Notes: generated by a model not told the origin, from the letters alone. A stretch of 64,000 nt of DNA from Candidatus Marinacidobacterales bacterium (GCA_965219415.1 CBDCNP010000002.1:3392001-3456000), one strand, 5' to 3'. Positions 11,788 to 22,202 are shown, counted from the stretch's first letter. Numbers and translations: made by a program.

Positions 11788-12690
11788 GGAACTACAGATT
11801 GAGATGTCGAGCCCCGCTAGATCCTGCGGGGCGTCCAGTGGGCGTTGGATGCCACAAATCGAGTTCGGCAGGACGCCGGTTACCGAAATGGCGAGTCCCG
11901 CTAGATCTCCTCGGGCGTCCAGTGGGTGTTGGATGCCAAAAATCGAGTTCGGCAGGACGCCGGTGCTGGAGACGACCGGTCTCGAGATGCACTACCAGAT
12001 GGGAAGAGTGACGGTACCCGCCCTCCGGGGTGTAGATCTGAGGATCTATCAGGGAGAGTTCGTTTCCATTATGGGTAGCTCGGGCTCGGGGAAGTCGACG
12101 TTGCTTCACGTCATCGGGGGCCTCTTGTCGCCGACCGGTGGCCGGGTTTTCGTTCGCGGAGAAGGACATCACTTCCATGAGCGACTCTCAAAGAACGGAT
12201 CTTCGGCGCAGAGAAATAGGCTTCGTGTTCCAACGATTCAACCTCTTCCCCACACTGAGCGTGGAGGAGAACCTCGTGTTGGCGGAGAGAATTCATGCCG
12301 GGGGAAGTCCTCGTCATGGCGGAGACCGCGCGCGGCGAAAGGAGCTTCTCGGCCTTTTGGGGTTGGCCAAGAAACTCCATCACAAACCGAGCGAGCTCTC
12401 GGGGGGGGGAACAGCAGCGGGTAGCTCTGGCACGTGCGGTGGTGAACCGCCCCTCGATTCTTCTCGCCGATGAGCCCACCGGCAACCTCGACTCGGAGAA
12501 CTCGGAGATCGTTCTTGCCATGCTTCAAAAGTTGAACGGGGAGCTAGGCCAGACTATCGCGATGATCACGCACAACCCCCAAGCGGCCGACTACTCGATG
12601 AGAATACTTCGCATGAAAGACGGACAAGTCTACAGCGATTCGGTCGTTGAATCGCACAATCACCATGAGCGAGAAGTCTTCACCGAATGA
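11780..12690 (+). pseudogene. LolD/MacB-type ABC ATP-binding protein; frameshifts near 12160 and 12405; start uncertain
   Basis: [18 protein letters not shown], (LS)[12 protein letters not shown] and ADEPTGNLD spread over three frames. Confidence 0.85.
11801..11968 (+). repeat. Two tandem imperfect 84-bp units
   Basis: Units start at 11801 and 11885; they translate as [28 protein letters not shown] and [28 protein letters not shown]. Confidence 0.9.
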
Positions 12691-12731
12691 CTCCATTCAC
12701 TAACCACAAACAACAACAAGGAGGAGAGTAA

Positions 12732-13148
12732 ATGAAACGACAAGCCTTGATGATTCTTGTAGGCGGAGCGCTTTTTGCCGCTTGTAACAGCTCGACATCG
12801 GTCAGCACCTTGTCCGACGTGCAGGACGAGTGGGCGCTCCAGGCCTTCGAGCTGAACGACGGAAGCCTCCAACAGGTTCCCGATCCAGAAAACTACACGA
12901 TCCTTTTTTCTGCCGACGGAAACGCGCATGCGCAAGTTGATTGCAACGTCTGCAATTGTTCTTACGAGACCGATGGGAACTCCATCAACCTGGGTCAAAT
13001 GGCTTGCACTCTAGCGGCCTGTCCCCCGGGGTCTTTGGACTCGCAGTATCAAGCCGCTCTAAGCTCGACGTCTGCCTTCGTGCGAAAGGGAGCCGAGCTT
13101 TCGCTCGGTTATACCGGGGGCACGATGCGGTTCACCGTCAGCGAATAG
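12732..13148 (+). CDS. META (HslJ-like) domain lipoprotein
   Basis: AAGGAGG ribosome-binding site; LFAAC lipobox; W.L...DCN...Y...TLAAC pattern. Confidence 0.8.
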   Translation: MKRQALMILVGGALFAACNSSTSVSTLSDVQDEWALQAFELNDGSLQQVPDPENYTILFSADGNAHAQVDCNVCNCSYETDGNSINLGQMACTLAACPPGSLDSQYQAALSSTSAFVRKGAELSLGYTGGTMRFTVSE

Positions 13149-13329
13149 CTGATGAGTTCTCGGGAGGTTCATGCATGGCGGCCCACCCCGCCGCCTCCTC
13201 GAGGAGCTTACCCCTCTCGTACACACGCCCGCCAAGAATAATCTGCTCGATCTGCCACAGGGCGCGGATATCCTGCGCCAGATTTCCTCGAACGATCACT
13301 AAATCGGCGAACGAGCTGACTAAGCCCAC
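13138..13329 (-). pseudogene. C-terminal remnant of an amidohydrolase
   Basis: FADLVIVRGN..QDIRAL..I..IILGGRVY is a typical amidohydrolase tail. Confidence 0.55.
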
Positions 13330-13371
13330 ATCGGGGTAATCGGCATCGGAGCTTCATCGGAATCCTACCTC

Positions 13372-13578
13372 TCACATGCTTGGTCGAGCGAGGAGCAGTA
13401 CGCAGCCGAGCGTAGCCAGTCCCCCGAAGACGAGCAGGCTCAAGTGCGTTCCGTCGCTTATGAAACGAACCGCACCGTAAAGGGTCAAGGCGTTGCTGAA
13501 GAAATTCAACACCAATCCCCAAACTCGACCGGTCACCGGGCCATAGCGTCGGTCTAGGTCGATCATCGTACCCACCAC
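13372..13578 (-). CDS. Small membrane protein
   Basis: Two hydrophobic segments; overlaps the stop of the transporter gene. Confidence 0.5.
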   Translation of the reverse strand: MVGTMIDLDRRYGPVTGRVWGLVLNFFSNALTLYGAVRFISDGTHLSLLVFGGLATLGCVLLLARPSM

Positions 13579-14930
13579 CCGAGTCGGTTGAATATGTAGA
13601 TGAGGGCGACTCCGTTGAGCAGCGTGATCTGGAGCATGACGCCCAAATTCCAGAGATACGATTTGGAGCGGTTTTCGCCCAGGACTTTACGATCGTTCAA
13701 CAACAGATAGAACGACCAACCGACGATGTTGTTCGCCAAGGACAAGAAGGCCCCGATCGCTACCACCAGCCAAACCGGCCGGTCGTACCAGACCGCGAGG
13801 AAGCCGATCTGAGGTGCGAGTGCGCTCAGCCGCCAACGCCAAGAGCTCGTATCGGGTTCCCAACCGAACGCTTCATGGATGGCGATCGCTCCTGCCAGAC
13901 TCATGCCCACGGTCGTCGTCACCGGCACCGCCAGGAACGCGACGAAAAAGAGCGCTTGTGACCAGGTTGGGCCTAGCAGCGGCATGAGGGATTCCGCAAG
14001 TGCGGGGGCATTGACCTCTTGCGGATGGAGCCCGAGTTTATGAAGCGTTCCAGCGAAGACCGCGATGACGAGGTAGTTCACCAGTACGAAGGGTAGAAAG
14101 AGTCCAAAAACGATGTCGAAGCGGGCTAGATGCTCGTGTTTTCGTCCCCAACCGCGGGCTAGTCCGGCGTATTGAAAGAGAACCCAGTCCATGACGCCGA
14201 TCGCCGCCGCGGAAGAGGCCACGAAAAGATCCACACCCGCCACCCCGGATGGGAGCCACGGGACGAATAGCCCTCGCAGCATCGCGCTCCAATCGATGCC
14301 AACCAACACGAGACATATCGCGAAGCTCACCAACATGACTCCAATGCTGATCTTCATGAAGTTCTCGACCAACTTGATGCCACGTTTTCCCCGTCCGTAA
14401 GTCAACGTCAACCAGCTGGTGAGCGCCATATACAGCACCCAGTTGTATTGGCGAGGAAACTCGAATCCCATCAATGGCGTCAGTGACTCGATGAAATGAG
14501 TGCCCAAGCTGTACTGGCCCCAATTGAAGACGATCGCGACCGCGGACGTACCGATCAGCGCCGTCATCAGGGAACCGATGATCCAGCCGTGATACTCGTT
14601 CTGGAGGGCTATGACGCGAAGACCGCGGGTGGTGAATCGTGCACTCGCAGCCATCATAAAACAACCCAAGCCCATGGATACCCAGAGGAGCCACATCGTT
14701 CGATAACCGAAGGTGGCGCCCGAGAGCATGGCCGCGGCCAGCGTGCCCCCACCAAGCGTGAGCGCCGCATCCATGAAGCCCGGGCCCCCCAACCGCAAGT
14801 AGCCCCGAAGTTTCCCCAACCACGGCGACTTCTCTAACCGCTCGAGCTCTCTGATTTCCGCCTCGAGAACGGCAGGAGGAATAGCCTTGGCAATAGGATA
14901 GCGCTCGACGCTTTGCTTGGACTTATCCAT
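13563..14930 (-). CDS. NRAMP-like divalent metal cation transporter
   Basis: GPGF..AA.TLGGG, GA.FGY..LW and about 11 hydrophobic segments. Confidence 0.75.
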   Translation of the reverse strand: MDKSKQSVERYPIAKAIPPAVLEAEIRELERLEKSPWLGKLRGYLRLGGPGFMDAALTLGGGTLAAAMLSGATFGYRTMWLLWVSMGLGCFMMAASARFTTRGLRVIALQNEYHGWIIGSLMTALIGTSAVAIVFNWGQYSLGTHFIESLTPLMGFEFPRQYNWVLYMALTSWLTLTYGRGKRGIKLVENFMKISIGVMLVSFAICLVLVGIDWSAMLRGLFVPWLPSGVAGVDLFVASSAAAIGVMDWVLFQYAGLARGWGRKHEHLARFDIVFGLFLPFVLVNYLVIAVFAGTLHKLGLHPQEVNAPALAESLMPLLGPTWSQALFFVAFLAVPVTTTVGMSLAGAIAIHEAFGWEPDTSSWRWRLSALAPQIGFLAVWYDRPVWLVVAIGAFLSLANNIVGWSFYLLLNDRKVLGENRSKSYLWNLGVMLQITLLNGVALIYIFNRLGWWVR

Positions 14931-15021
14931 GGGAGTGGAGCTATTTATACCACCTCAAGGTGTTGGCTTGGTGCTGGGGACTTTGTTTTCCACAAGGATT
15001 TTGAACTATTCTTAGCGTCCA

Positions 15022-16101
15022 ATGCCCGCACCCGAAGCCGATACCATGAGGGCGGTCGTGATCCATGAGCATGGCGGACCGGAAGTACTCAAGCTCGAGC
15101 CGGCGTGGCCGCGACCGAAAGCCGGGCCGGGTGAGATTCGTGTCAAGATCAAAACTTGTGCCCTGAACTTTCTGGACATCTTCGTTCGCAACGGGATGCC
15201 GGGCGAACCTACGCCTCTTCCTCACATCACCGGCGGTGATATTGCCGGCGTGGTCGATTCGGCCGGGGAGAATGTGACTCGACCAGCGGTAGGCGATCGT
15301 GTGCTTCTCAATCCCACCTGGGGATGCGGCACGTGCGAGTACTGCCTCGAGGGTCAGACACCGCGGTGTCTGCGGATACACATGTTGGGCGAGGTTGAGC
15401 CCGGCGGCCTCGCGGAATATGTGGTTTGCCCCGCCGGTCAAGCGATCTTGATTCCCGCGGGTTACTCGTTCGACGACGCCGCGTGCTTGCCGGTTACCTA
15501 CGGGACCGCCTGGCGCATGGTGGTCACCCATGGGCGTGTGAAGCCCGGCGATGCGGTGTTGGTACTCGGCGCTGGAGGCGGCGTTGCGGTGGCCGCGATT
15601 CAAATCGCCAAGCTCCTGAACGCTCGGGTGATCGCCACCGCGTCCACCCAGCAAAAGCTAGATCGTGCGAAGGAGTTCGGAGCCGACGACGTCATTAATT
15701 ATGTCGAGGATAAAGAGTGGGACCAGACGGTTCGGCGGGTCACCGGAAAACGTGGGGTGGAGGTTGTGATCGAGTCGGTCGGTGCCGCCACCTGGGAACG
15801 TAGCATCCGGGCGCTTGGCAAGGGAGGACGCCTGGTAACCTGTGGCGCCACTTCCGGTCCGATCGGCCTCACCGACATCCGTTATCTATTCCGCCGCGAG
15901 CAGAAACTTCTGGGCAGTAACGGTTGGACTCACGAGGAGCTCGAGGAAGTCACCGCCCTAGCCTCCGAAGGCAAGCTTTGCCCGGTCGTGGATCGAACGC
16001 TACCCCTCGAACGCACCGCCGAAGGAGAGATCGCTCTCGAGAAACGCGAAGTCTTCGGCAAAGTCGTCATCCGACCGGAGAGTGGAGATGCTCCCCGATA
16101 A
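15022..16101 (+). CDS. Zinc-binding alcohol dehydrogenase (MDR family)
   Basis: CGTCEYC...C structural zinc site; GAGGGV; CGATSG. Confidence 0.88.
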   Translation: MPAPEADTMRAVVIHEHGGPEVLKLEPAWPRPKAGPGEIRVKIKTCALNFLDIFVRNGMPGEPTPLPHITGGDIAGVVDSAGENVTRPAVGDRVLLNPTWGCGTCEYCLEGQTPRCLRIHMLGEVEPGGLAEYVVCPAGQAILIPAGYSFDDAACLPVTYGTAWRMVVTHGRVKPGDAVLVLGAGGGVAVAAIQIAKLLNARVIATASTQQKLDRAKEFGADDVINYVEDKEWDQTVRRVTGKRGVEVVIESVGAATWERSIRALGKGGRLVTCGATSGPIGLTDIRYLFRREQKLLGSNGWTHEELEEVTALASEGKLCPVVDRTLPLERTAEGEIALEKREVFGKVVIRPESGDAPR

Positions 16102-17632
16102 TTTGGGGCATATTTTCGACGTCCCGTTACGCCTCACCCCCGACGAGCCCGCCGTCTTCCAGGACGACACCGTACTCTCGTTCCAAAACCTTGAGGCTCG
16201 ATGCAATCGAATGGCCAACGCACTCCGCGGGATTGGTGTCGCGGAGGGCGAGCGAGTGGCGCTGATGTTCAGCAACGATTACCGCTTCTTGGAGTCCGCT
16301 TTCGGCCCGATGCGCCTCGGGGCGGTCCCCGTTCCGCTCAACACGCGGATGAGCGATGCAGCCTTGAGCTACGTGCTTCAGGACTCGGAGGCGTCGGTTC
16401 TCATCGCCAATCGGGATATGGCCGATCGCGCGCGTCTACTCGCGAAGGATGTTCAGGGGTTGAAGAACATCATCGTGGATGCTCCGGCAGGAGAAGGATT
16501 TCTCTCCTATGACCGATTCCTCGAATCGCAGCCCGATAGCCTCGAGCGACGGCGCACCGACCCCGACGAGATCTGCATGCAGCCATACACCTCCGGTTCG
16601 ACGGGTAAGCCGAAGGGTGTCCTTCTTACCCACGGCGGCCAGATTTGGAACACCGACATCTTGCGCAAGGCCTTTCACGCAGACCAGAGCGAGCGAGCCC
16701 TAATCTCCGTGCCGCTCTATCACAAGAACGCGATGATCGGCGCGGTCAAGCCCTTCTTGCTCGCCGGCGGATCACTCGTTATCTTGCCCGGCTTGGATCC
16801 GCTTCAGGTCATCGAGGCCATCGAGCGACATCGCGTGACCTATCTCACGGGCGTGCCGGCGATGTACAAAATGGTCCTCGCGGAAAAGGAGGCGCTGGCT
16901 CGGCACGACGTGAGCTCCATCCGCTACGCCGTCTGCGGGTCGGCCGAAGTCCCCGAGGAGCTTCTAGAAGAGTTCGGGCGTGTTTTTGGTGCGCCCATGG
17001 CGGAGAGCTACGGTCTCACTGAGGGTGGGCCCGTGCCGATCGTGAATTCGCGTTGGGGACTCAAGAAGCGAGGAAGTTGTGGGACTGCCTTTCCAGGTTG
17101 CGACGTGAAGCTAGTTGCCAAAGACGGATCGACGGAAGTGCGCGCGAACGAAGTCGGAGAGTTGGTCACGCGCAACCCCGGCCTCGCGAAAGGTTACTGG
17201 AAGCGGCCGGAAGCAACGGCGGAGAGATTCCGTGACGGTTGGCTTTACACCGGAGACCTGATGCGCCGAGACGAGGACGGCTTCTACTACTTCTTGGGGC
17301 GGAAAGACGACATGATCAATGTGGGCGGCGAGAATGTCTATCCGAAAGAGGTCGAGGACATTCTTCTGAGGAATCCTCAACTAAGGGACGCTTGCGTCGT
17401 CCCGGTGCAGCACGCGGTGAAAGGTGCGGTACCCGTGGCCTTTGTCGTGGAGCGGACCGAGGGGCAAACTTCGGAAGAGGAGGTCAAGGCCTTTTTCCTC
17501 GAGAACGGAGCGGCTTACGCTCATCCGAGGCACGTCTTTTTTCTCGAGCGCCTACCGCTAGGCGGTACCGGAAAATTGGACCGTGCCGCCCTCCGCGCAT
17601 TGGCGGAGGAGAGAGTGAGCAATCGGGAATGA
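16082..17632 (+). CDS. Acyl-CoA synthetase (AMP-forming)
   Basis: YTSGSTGKPKG, YGLTE, TGDL and GRKDD motifs. Confidence 0.9.
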   Translation: MEMLPDNLGHIFDVPLRLTPDEPAVFQDDTVLSFQNLEARCNRMANALRGIGVAEGERVALMFSNDYRFLESAFGPMRLGAVPVPLNTRMSDAALSYVLQDSEASVLIANRDMADRARLLAKDVQGLKNIIVDAPAGEGFLSYDRFLESQPDSLERRRTDPDEICMQPYTSGSTGKPKGVLLTHGGQIWNTDILRKAFHADQSERALISVPLYHKNAMIGAVKPFLLAGGSLVILPGLDPLQVIEAIERHRVTYLTGVPAMYKMVLAEKEALARHDVSSIRYAVCGSAEVPEELLEEFGRVFGAPMAESYGLTEGGPVPIVNSRWGLKKRGSCGTAFPGCDVKLVAKDGSTEVRANEVGELVTRNPGLAKGYWKRPEATAERFRDGWLYTGDLMRRDEDGFYYFLGRKDDMINVGGENVYPKEVEDILLRNPQLRDACVVPVQHAVKGAVPVAFVVERTEGQTSEEEVKAFFLENGAAYAHPRHVFFLERLPLGGTGKLDRAALRALAEERVSNRE

Positions 17633-18024
17633 GTGGAAACGACATCCGCATCGACGATTCTCCTTACCAGCGGTTTCTAGGAGTCGAGATGGTTCGCAGC
17701 GAGGACGGCTTGGTGGAGATCCGATTGCCCTTCCGCGATGAATTTCTGAGACAAGACGGATCCGACTGGTTGCACGGTGGTGTGATCAGCTCTCTCATCG
17801 ACTTAGCTGGCGATTATGCGATCACTACCAAGGCCAGCGGCAACATCCCGACTATCGATCTTCGAATCGATTTTCTCCGTCCGGCCCGTAAAGGAGATCT
17901 CGTCGCCATCGGACGCACCGTTAAGGTCGGTCGCACCATCGGCGTGGCCGACGTCGAGGTTCGAGATTCCAGTGGAGCATTGATCGCCGTGGGGCGCGGC
18001 ACCTATGCCGTGCAGAAGTCTTAA
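17629..18024 (+). CDS. PaaI family thioesterase
   Basis: LHGGVISSLID and TIDLRIDFLRPA; ATGA overlap with the ligase stop. Confidence 0.88.
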   Translation: MSGNDIRIDDSPYQRFLGVEMVRSEDGLVEIRLPFRDEFLRQDGSDWLHGGVISSLIDLAGDYAITTKASGNIPTIDLRIDFLRPARKGDLVAIGRTVKVGRTIGVADVEVRDSSGALIAVGRGTYAVQKS

Positions 18025-19334
18025 CGGCGGAGAATGGGAAGAGCCAGCGGCGGAGTGTTGATGAAATCCAGCGCTCTCATCTCGCTCAACGCTTTCTTGA
18101 GCGCGGGAAGGGGAGTGGGGTCGACCGAGATGACGAACGGCAAGTTGTCTCGCTCCCGCCAGCTTTCCTGTAGCACCGAATCGATGTTGATCTTGTGACG
18201 ACCCAGGATCTCGGCGAGGGTGGCAATAATCCCCGGTTGGTCGCGGATGAAGAACCTTACGTAGAAGGGCCAGCTTTCGAGCGGCGAGAAATCGTCTGCG
18301 TCCCCACTGTTTTGGGCCTGTGGTGCGGTGAAGACCGTTTTTCCTTGCCGCCAGCGAGCGGCATTCAGGATGTCGGCCACCACGGACACCGCGGTCGGAT
18401 TCCCTCCTGCCCCTTCCCCGCTGAAGAGGGCGGAGCCGAGCCGCGCGCCAGTAACCTCGATCGCGTTCACAACTCCCGAGATCTTCGACAAGGTAAGCTG
18501 TTTATCGATCAAGAAGGGGCTCGCCCACATCGAGACATTTTTCTCGCCGAGGCTTGCCACGCCCAGCATGCGTATTGTCGTCCCCAGTCGGTTGGAGTAG
18601 AGGAAGTCGACCGGATCGATCTCGGATATCCCCTGAGTGGCCAACTGTTCCGGCTTGGCCCATCGACCGAAGGCGAGGGCGGCCAGGATCGTCAACTTGT
18701 CGGCGGTATCCCGGCCGGAGATATCGAGTGAGGGATCGGCCTCGGCATAGCCAAGTTCCTGAGCCTGCGCCAGGACGTCCCGGAACTCGCGGTTCGTAGC
18801 CGCCATCTCCGAAAGGATGAAATTACACGTTCCGTTGAGAATGCCGCGAATAGAGAGGATACGGTCCGCGACCAGGGAGCGTCGCAACAAGCGAAGGATG
18901 GGAATGCCTCCCGCCACCGACGCTTCGAAGCCTAGGTAGGCCTCCCTCTTTTCAGCCAGCTCTAGGTACTGGCTTCCCGAGTCGGCCATCAACTGTTTGT
19001 TGGCGGTCACCACGGCTTTTTTCTTCTGCAAGCCTTCCCGAATGATCCGATCTGCGGGGTCGGCTCCCCCGATCAACTCGACGACGATGTCAGCGGGACT
19101 AGCCAGAAACTCGTCGATCGAATCGGTTACCGCGACGCCGGGCGCTAAAGCGGAGAGATCTTTCTTGCGGTGACTGCGGTCGAAAATCAGGCTGAGCTCG
19201 AGGTCCGAACCACTGGTCTTGCGCAAGCGGGCGCTATCTTCTATTAGTTGCCGGACGACTGCGCGTCCCACGGTGCCTAGACCGGCAAGGGCAATTCGCG
19301 AGCGGGGGAGGGAGCCCTCATCGCTTGTCGACAA
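18021..19334 (-). CDS. hom: Homoserine dehydrogenase with ACT domain
   Basis: GLGTVG, VVTANK, FEASVAGGIP, GILNGTCN and GYAEADP motifs. Confidence 0.95.
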   Translation of the reverse strand: MSTSDEGSLPRSRIALAGLGTVGRAVVRQLIEDSARLRKTSGSDLELSLIFDRSHRKKDLSALAPGVAVTDSIDEFLASPADIVVELIGGADPADRIIREGLQKKKAVVTANKQLMADSGSQYLELAEKREAYLGFEASVAGGIPILRLLRRSLVADRILSIRGILNGTCNFILSEMAATNREFRDVLAQAQELGYAEADPSLDISGRDTADKLTILAALAFGRWAKPEQLATQGISEIDPVDFLYSNRLGTTIRMLGVASLGEKNVSMWASPFLIDKQLTLSKISGVVNAIEVTGARLGSALFSGEGAGGNPTAVSVVADILNAARWRQGKTVFTAPQAQNSGDADDFSPLESWPFYVRFFIRDQPGIIATLAEILGRHKINIDSVLQESWRERDNLPFVISVDPTPLPALKKALSEMRALDFINTPPLALPILRR

Positions 19335-20568
19335 CGCGTTTCCTCTCTAGATTCTCGAGATCGAACTCGCGGTGGATGGCGCGGACGGCGTCGGAAAGTC
19401 GATCGCGGTGGATCACGCAAGCTATCCGGACCTCGGAGCTGCTGATGAGCTCGATGTTGATCCCTTCATCGGCGAGTGCTCGAAACATGCGCGCCGCAAC
19501 GCTGGGCGTGCTGGCGATCCCGGAGCCGATCACGGAGACTTTGGCCACCTCGGTGTCCACCAAAACCTCGGTGGAGCCAACCTCCTCGGCGATCCTGCGG
19601 AGCACTTCCGCCGACTTCTCGGCATCATCTTCGGAGACGATGACGGAGACGTCATTGGATTGGTCATGTCGAATGCCTTGAATGATGAGTCGAATGTTGA
19701 TCCCGACATCGGAGAGCGCGCTCGAAATGTTCGCCGCTACACCCGGTACGTCTTTCACTCGTGTCAAGGCGACCCGCGCCACATTGGGATCGCCGGTACA
19801 ACCGGTTATCGCTACTTTCTCCAACTCTTCCTCCTTGATGATGGTGGTTCCGGGACGATCGTGAAAGCTGGAACGCACCTGCAGCGGAACATTGAATCGG
19901 CTGGCCACTTCGACGGATCGCGGGTGGAGGATCCGGGAGCCTGCTGCCGCAAACTCGAGCATTTCTTCATAGCTTATCCAAGGGAGGAGTCGCGCCTCGG
20001 GGACGATACGGGGGTCGGCGGTGAAGACGCCGTCGACGTCGGTGTAGATTTCACATCCTGGAGCTTCGAGAGCCGCTGCCAAGGCAGTGGCGGTGAGGTC
20101 GGAACCGCCTCGACCAAGAGTGGTGATCTCGTCGTCGGAAGTCACGCCCTGGAAGCCAGCAACGATGACGATTTCTCCTCGCCCGAGGATATTTAGGATC
20201 TTTTGGGTAGAGATTTCCTGAATGCGGGCACGCGTGAAGTTGCCATCGGTTCGAATCCCGCACTGGGCACCGGTGAGTGCCGTCGCCTTTCCTCCATGCT
20301 CTTGAACCGCCATTGCCAACAAAGCAATAGAGATCTGTTCGCCCGTCGTCAGCATCATGTCCAGCTCGCGAGCTTGAGGCTTGCTCGTCACGCGCCGCGC
20401 CATGCTGAGAAGTTGTTCGGTGGTATCGGCCATGGCGGAAGCCACGACCACTTGAGGAGCTCCCCGACGGTGCTCTTCTACTAGATCCTTGGCTACTCTG
20501 CGGATTCTCTCCGGCGACCCAACGGAAGTCCCACCGTACTTCCTTACACGAGTACGCCGGCCGATCAT
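19318..20568 (-). CDS. lysC: Aspartate kinase
   Basis: KYGGTSV, TTLGRGGSD and YTDVDGVFTADP motifs; two ACT domains. Confidence 0.95.
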   Translation of the reverse strand: MIGRRTRVRKYGGTSVGSPERIRRVAKDLVEEHRRGAPQVVVASAMADTTEQLLSMARRVTSKPQARELDMMLTTGEQISIALLAMAVQEHGGKATALTGAQCGIRTDGNFTRARIQEISTQKILNILGRGEIVIVAGFQGVTSDDEITTLGRGGSDLTATALAAALEAPGCEIYTDVDGVFTADPRIVPEARLLPWISYEEMLEFAAAGSRILHPRSVEVASRFNVPLQVRSSFHDRPGTTIIKEEELEKVAITGCTGDPNVARVALTRVKDVPGVAANISSALSDVGINIRLIIQGIRHDQSNDVSVIVSEDDAEKSAEVLRRIAEEVGSTEVLVDTEVAKVSVIGSGIASTPSVAARMFRALADEGINIELISSSEVRIACVIHRDRLSDAVRAIHREFDLENLERKRVVDKR

Positions 20569-21821
20569 GTTGAAGCGCGGGCGGCGTGGACAGGCAGGTG
20601 TTGTTCGTACCACTCGCGGAAAACGCTCAGCCGTGGACGCAGCACGGTATCAACTTTGAGTCGAGAGGAGAACGTATCTAACGCCTTGTAGCCGCTGCCG
20701 GTGATGCCGACGACGATCGTATCTTTTGGATCGATGCGGCCCTGCTCGATGAGCTTCAATGTGACCGCGAGCGTCGTGCCGCCCGCCGGTTCGGTGAAGA
20801 TCCCTTCCTTTTCTGCAAGCAAGTGGACAGCGTCCAGGATCTCTTCGTCGGTGGCCGTCTCTCCCCACCCACCGGTTCGCCGGACTTCCTGGAGCACGTA
20901 CGGACCGTCGGCGGGGTTTCCGATGGCGATCGACTTGGCGATGGTGTTCGGCTTCTCGGGATCGACGAGATCGTCGCCGCGATGAAGCGCGTGCACGACC
21001 GGCGCACAACCTTCCGCTTGCGCACAGTGAATCCGAACATCGCCGGTCGCCCATCCGAGCCGTAATGTTTCGGAGAATGCTTTAGCCACCTTGGGGAGAA
21101 GCGTCCCGCCGGCGGTGGGCAGAACCATGTGGTCGGGAACCTTCCAGCCGAGCTGCTCCACGATCTCGAAGCCCATCGTCTTGGCGCCCTCCGTGTAGTA
21201 GGGACGCAGATTAACGTTGACGAAGCCCCATCCGTACTCGTCGCCGATCTCACAACACAGACGGTTGACGTCGTCGTAATTTCCCTCGAGGGCAACGATT
21301 TGCGGCTTGTAGATCAGCGAACCGGTGATCTTCGGTGTTTCGATATCTTGGGGGATAAAGACAAGACTGGGAAATCCGGTGCGAGCACAATGAGCGGAAA
21401 GAGCGTTTCCCAGATTGCCAGTGGAAGCGCAGGCGAAGACCCGGTAGCCGAGCTCGGCTCCTCGAGTCAAGGCGATAGAGACCACACGATCTTTGTACGA
21501 AAGGGAAGGGTGGTTCACCGTCTCGTCTTTCAGGTAGAGATTGGGAGCGCCAAGATACTCGCCGAGACGTTTGGCGTGGACTAGGGGAGTGTAGCCGGAG
21601 TGCTGACCGGTTATGGGCTCGCCCGTTACAGGAAGCAACTCCCGGTAACGCCAGAGGTTCTGCTCTCGGCTGGAGATGCGGTCCGGTCCGGTATCGGCTC
21701 CGATCCGGTCGTAGTCATAGACCACTTCCAACGGACCGAGACACTCCGAACAGTAGAAACGACGGTCGGCGGGGTAGGCGGCCCCACACTCCTTGCACTC
21801 CAAGCCCTTGAGATAACTCAT
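20565..21821 (-). CDS. Threonine synthase-like PLP enzyme (second paralogue, with N-terminal zinc ribbon)
   Basis: CKEC...CSEC; PSLSYKDR; CASTGNL; NLRPYYTEGAKT; clearly divergent from thrC at 6998. Confidence 0.85.
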   Translation of the reverse strand: MSYLKGLECKECGAAYPADRRFYCSECLGPLEVVYDYDRIGADTGPDRISSREQNLWRYRELLPVTGEPITGQHSGYTPLVHAKRLGEYLGAPNLYLKDETVNHPSLSYKDRVVSIALTRGAELGYRVFACASTGNLGNALSAHCARTGFPSLVFIPQDIETPKITGSLIYKPQIVALEGNYDDVNRLCCEIGDEYGWGFVNVNLRPYYTEGAKTMGFEIVEQLGWKVPDHMVLPTAGGTLLPKVAKAFSETLRLGWATGDVRIHCAQAEGCAPVVHALHRGDDLVDPEKPNTIAKSIAIGNPADGPYVLQEVRRTGGWGETATDEEILDAVHLLAEKEGIFTEPAGGTTLAVTLKLIEQGRIDPKDTIVVGITGSGYKALDTFSSRLKVDTVLRPRLSVFREWYEQHLPVHAARAST

Positions 21822-21933
21822 GGTATTCCTTTCGCCGGAGTCGCCTCGGGTTGAGGCAACACGACTCCGTCCATCAAATGGACTATCCTTCGTGCTTTGG
21901 GGCTTCTAGCCTGCCAGTTGGGCCGGGAGCAAC

Positions 21934-21963
21934 AAAAAAGCCCTTCCAATAGTGCGGAAGGGC
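21934..21963 (-). terminator. Intrinsic terminator forming the riboswitch expression platform
   Basis: GCCCTTCC-gcactatt-GGAAGGGC followed by TTTTTT on the minus strand. Confidence 0.88.
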
Positions 21964-21968
21964 CCGGT

Positions 21969-22076
21969 CCTATCTGCCAGGTCGACCCGCTGAGGGCCCC
22001 CCGCGGGAATTAGCACCGGTGCAATGCCGGTTGCTGTGGCATCCAAGGGCCCGATCCCTCTGCCACTCTGGATAAG
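21969..22076 (-). ncRNA. SAM-I (S-box) riboswitch
   Basis: Minus strand reads CTTATCCAGAG.TGGCAGAGGGA.TCGGGCCC..GATGCC.CAGCAACC...GGTGCTAATTCC...AGATAGG, matching the S-box consensus. Confidence 0.93.
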
Positions 22077-22202
22077 TCGCGGGGAGCGTACTCCGGGCCC
22101 TACGAGAAGTCAAGGCCCGCCACGCCACGTTCGGTTAAAGCAACCAAGTCGCTTCGCTTTTGGTTACTTCCGGTTCTCGGCAACCCCGGTGAACGGGTCG
22201 CC

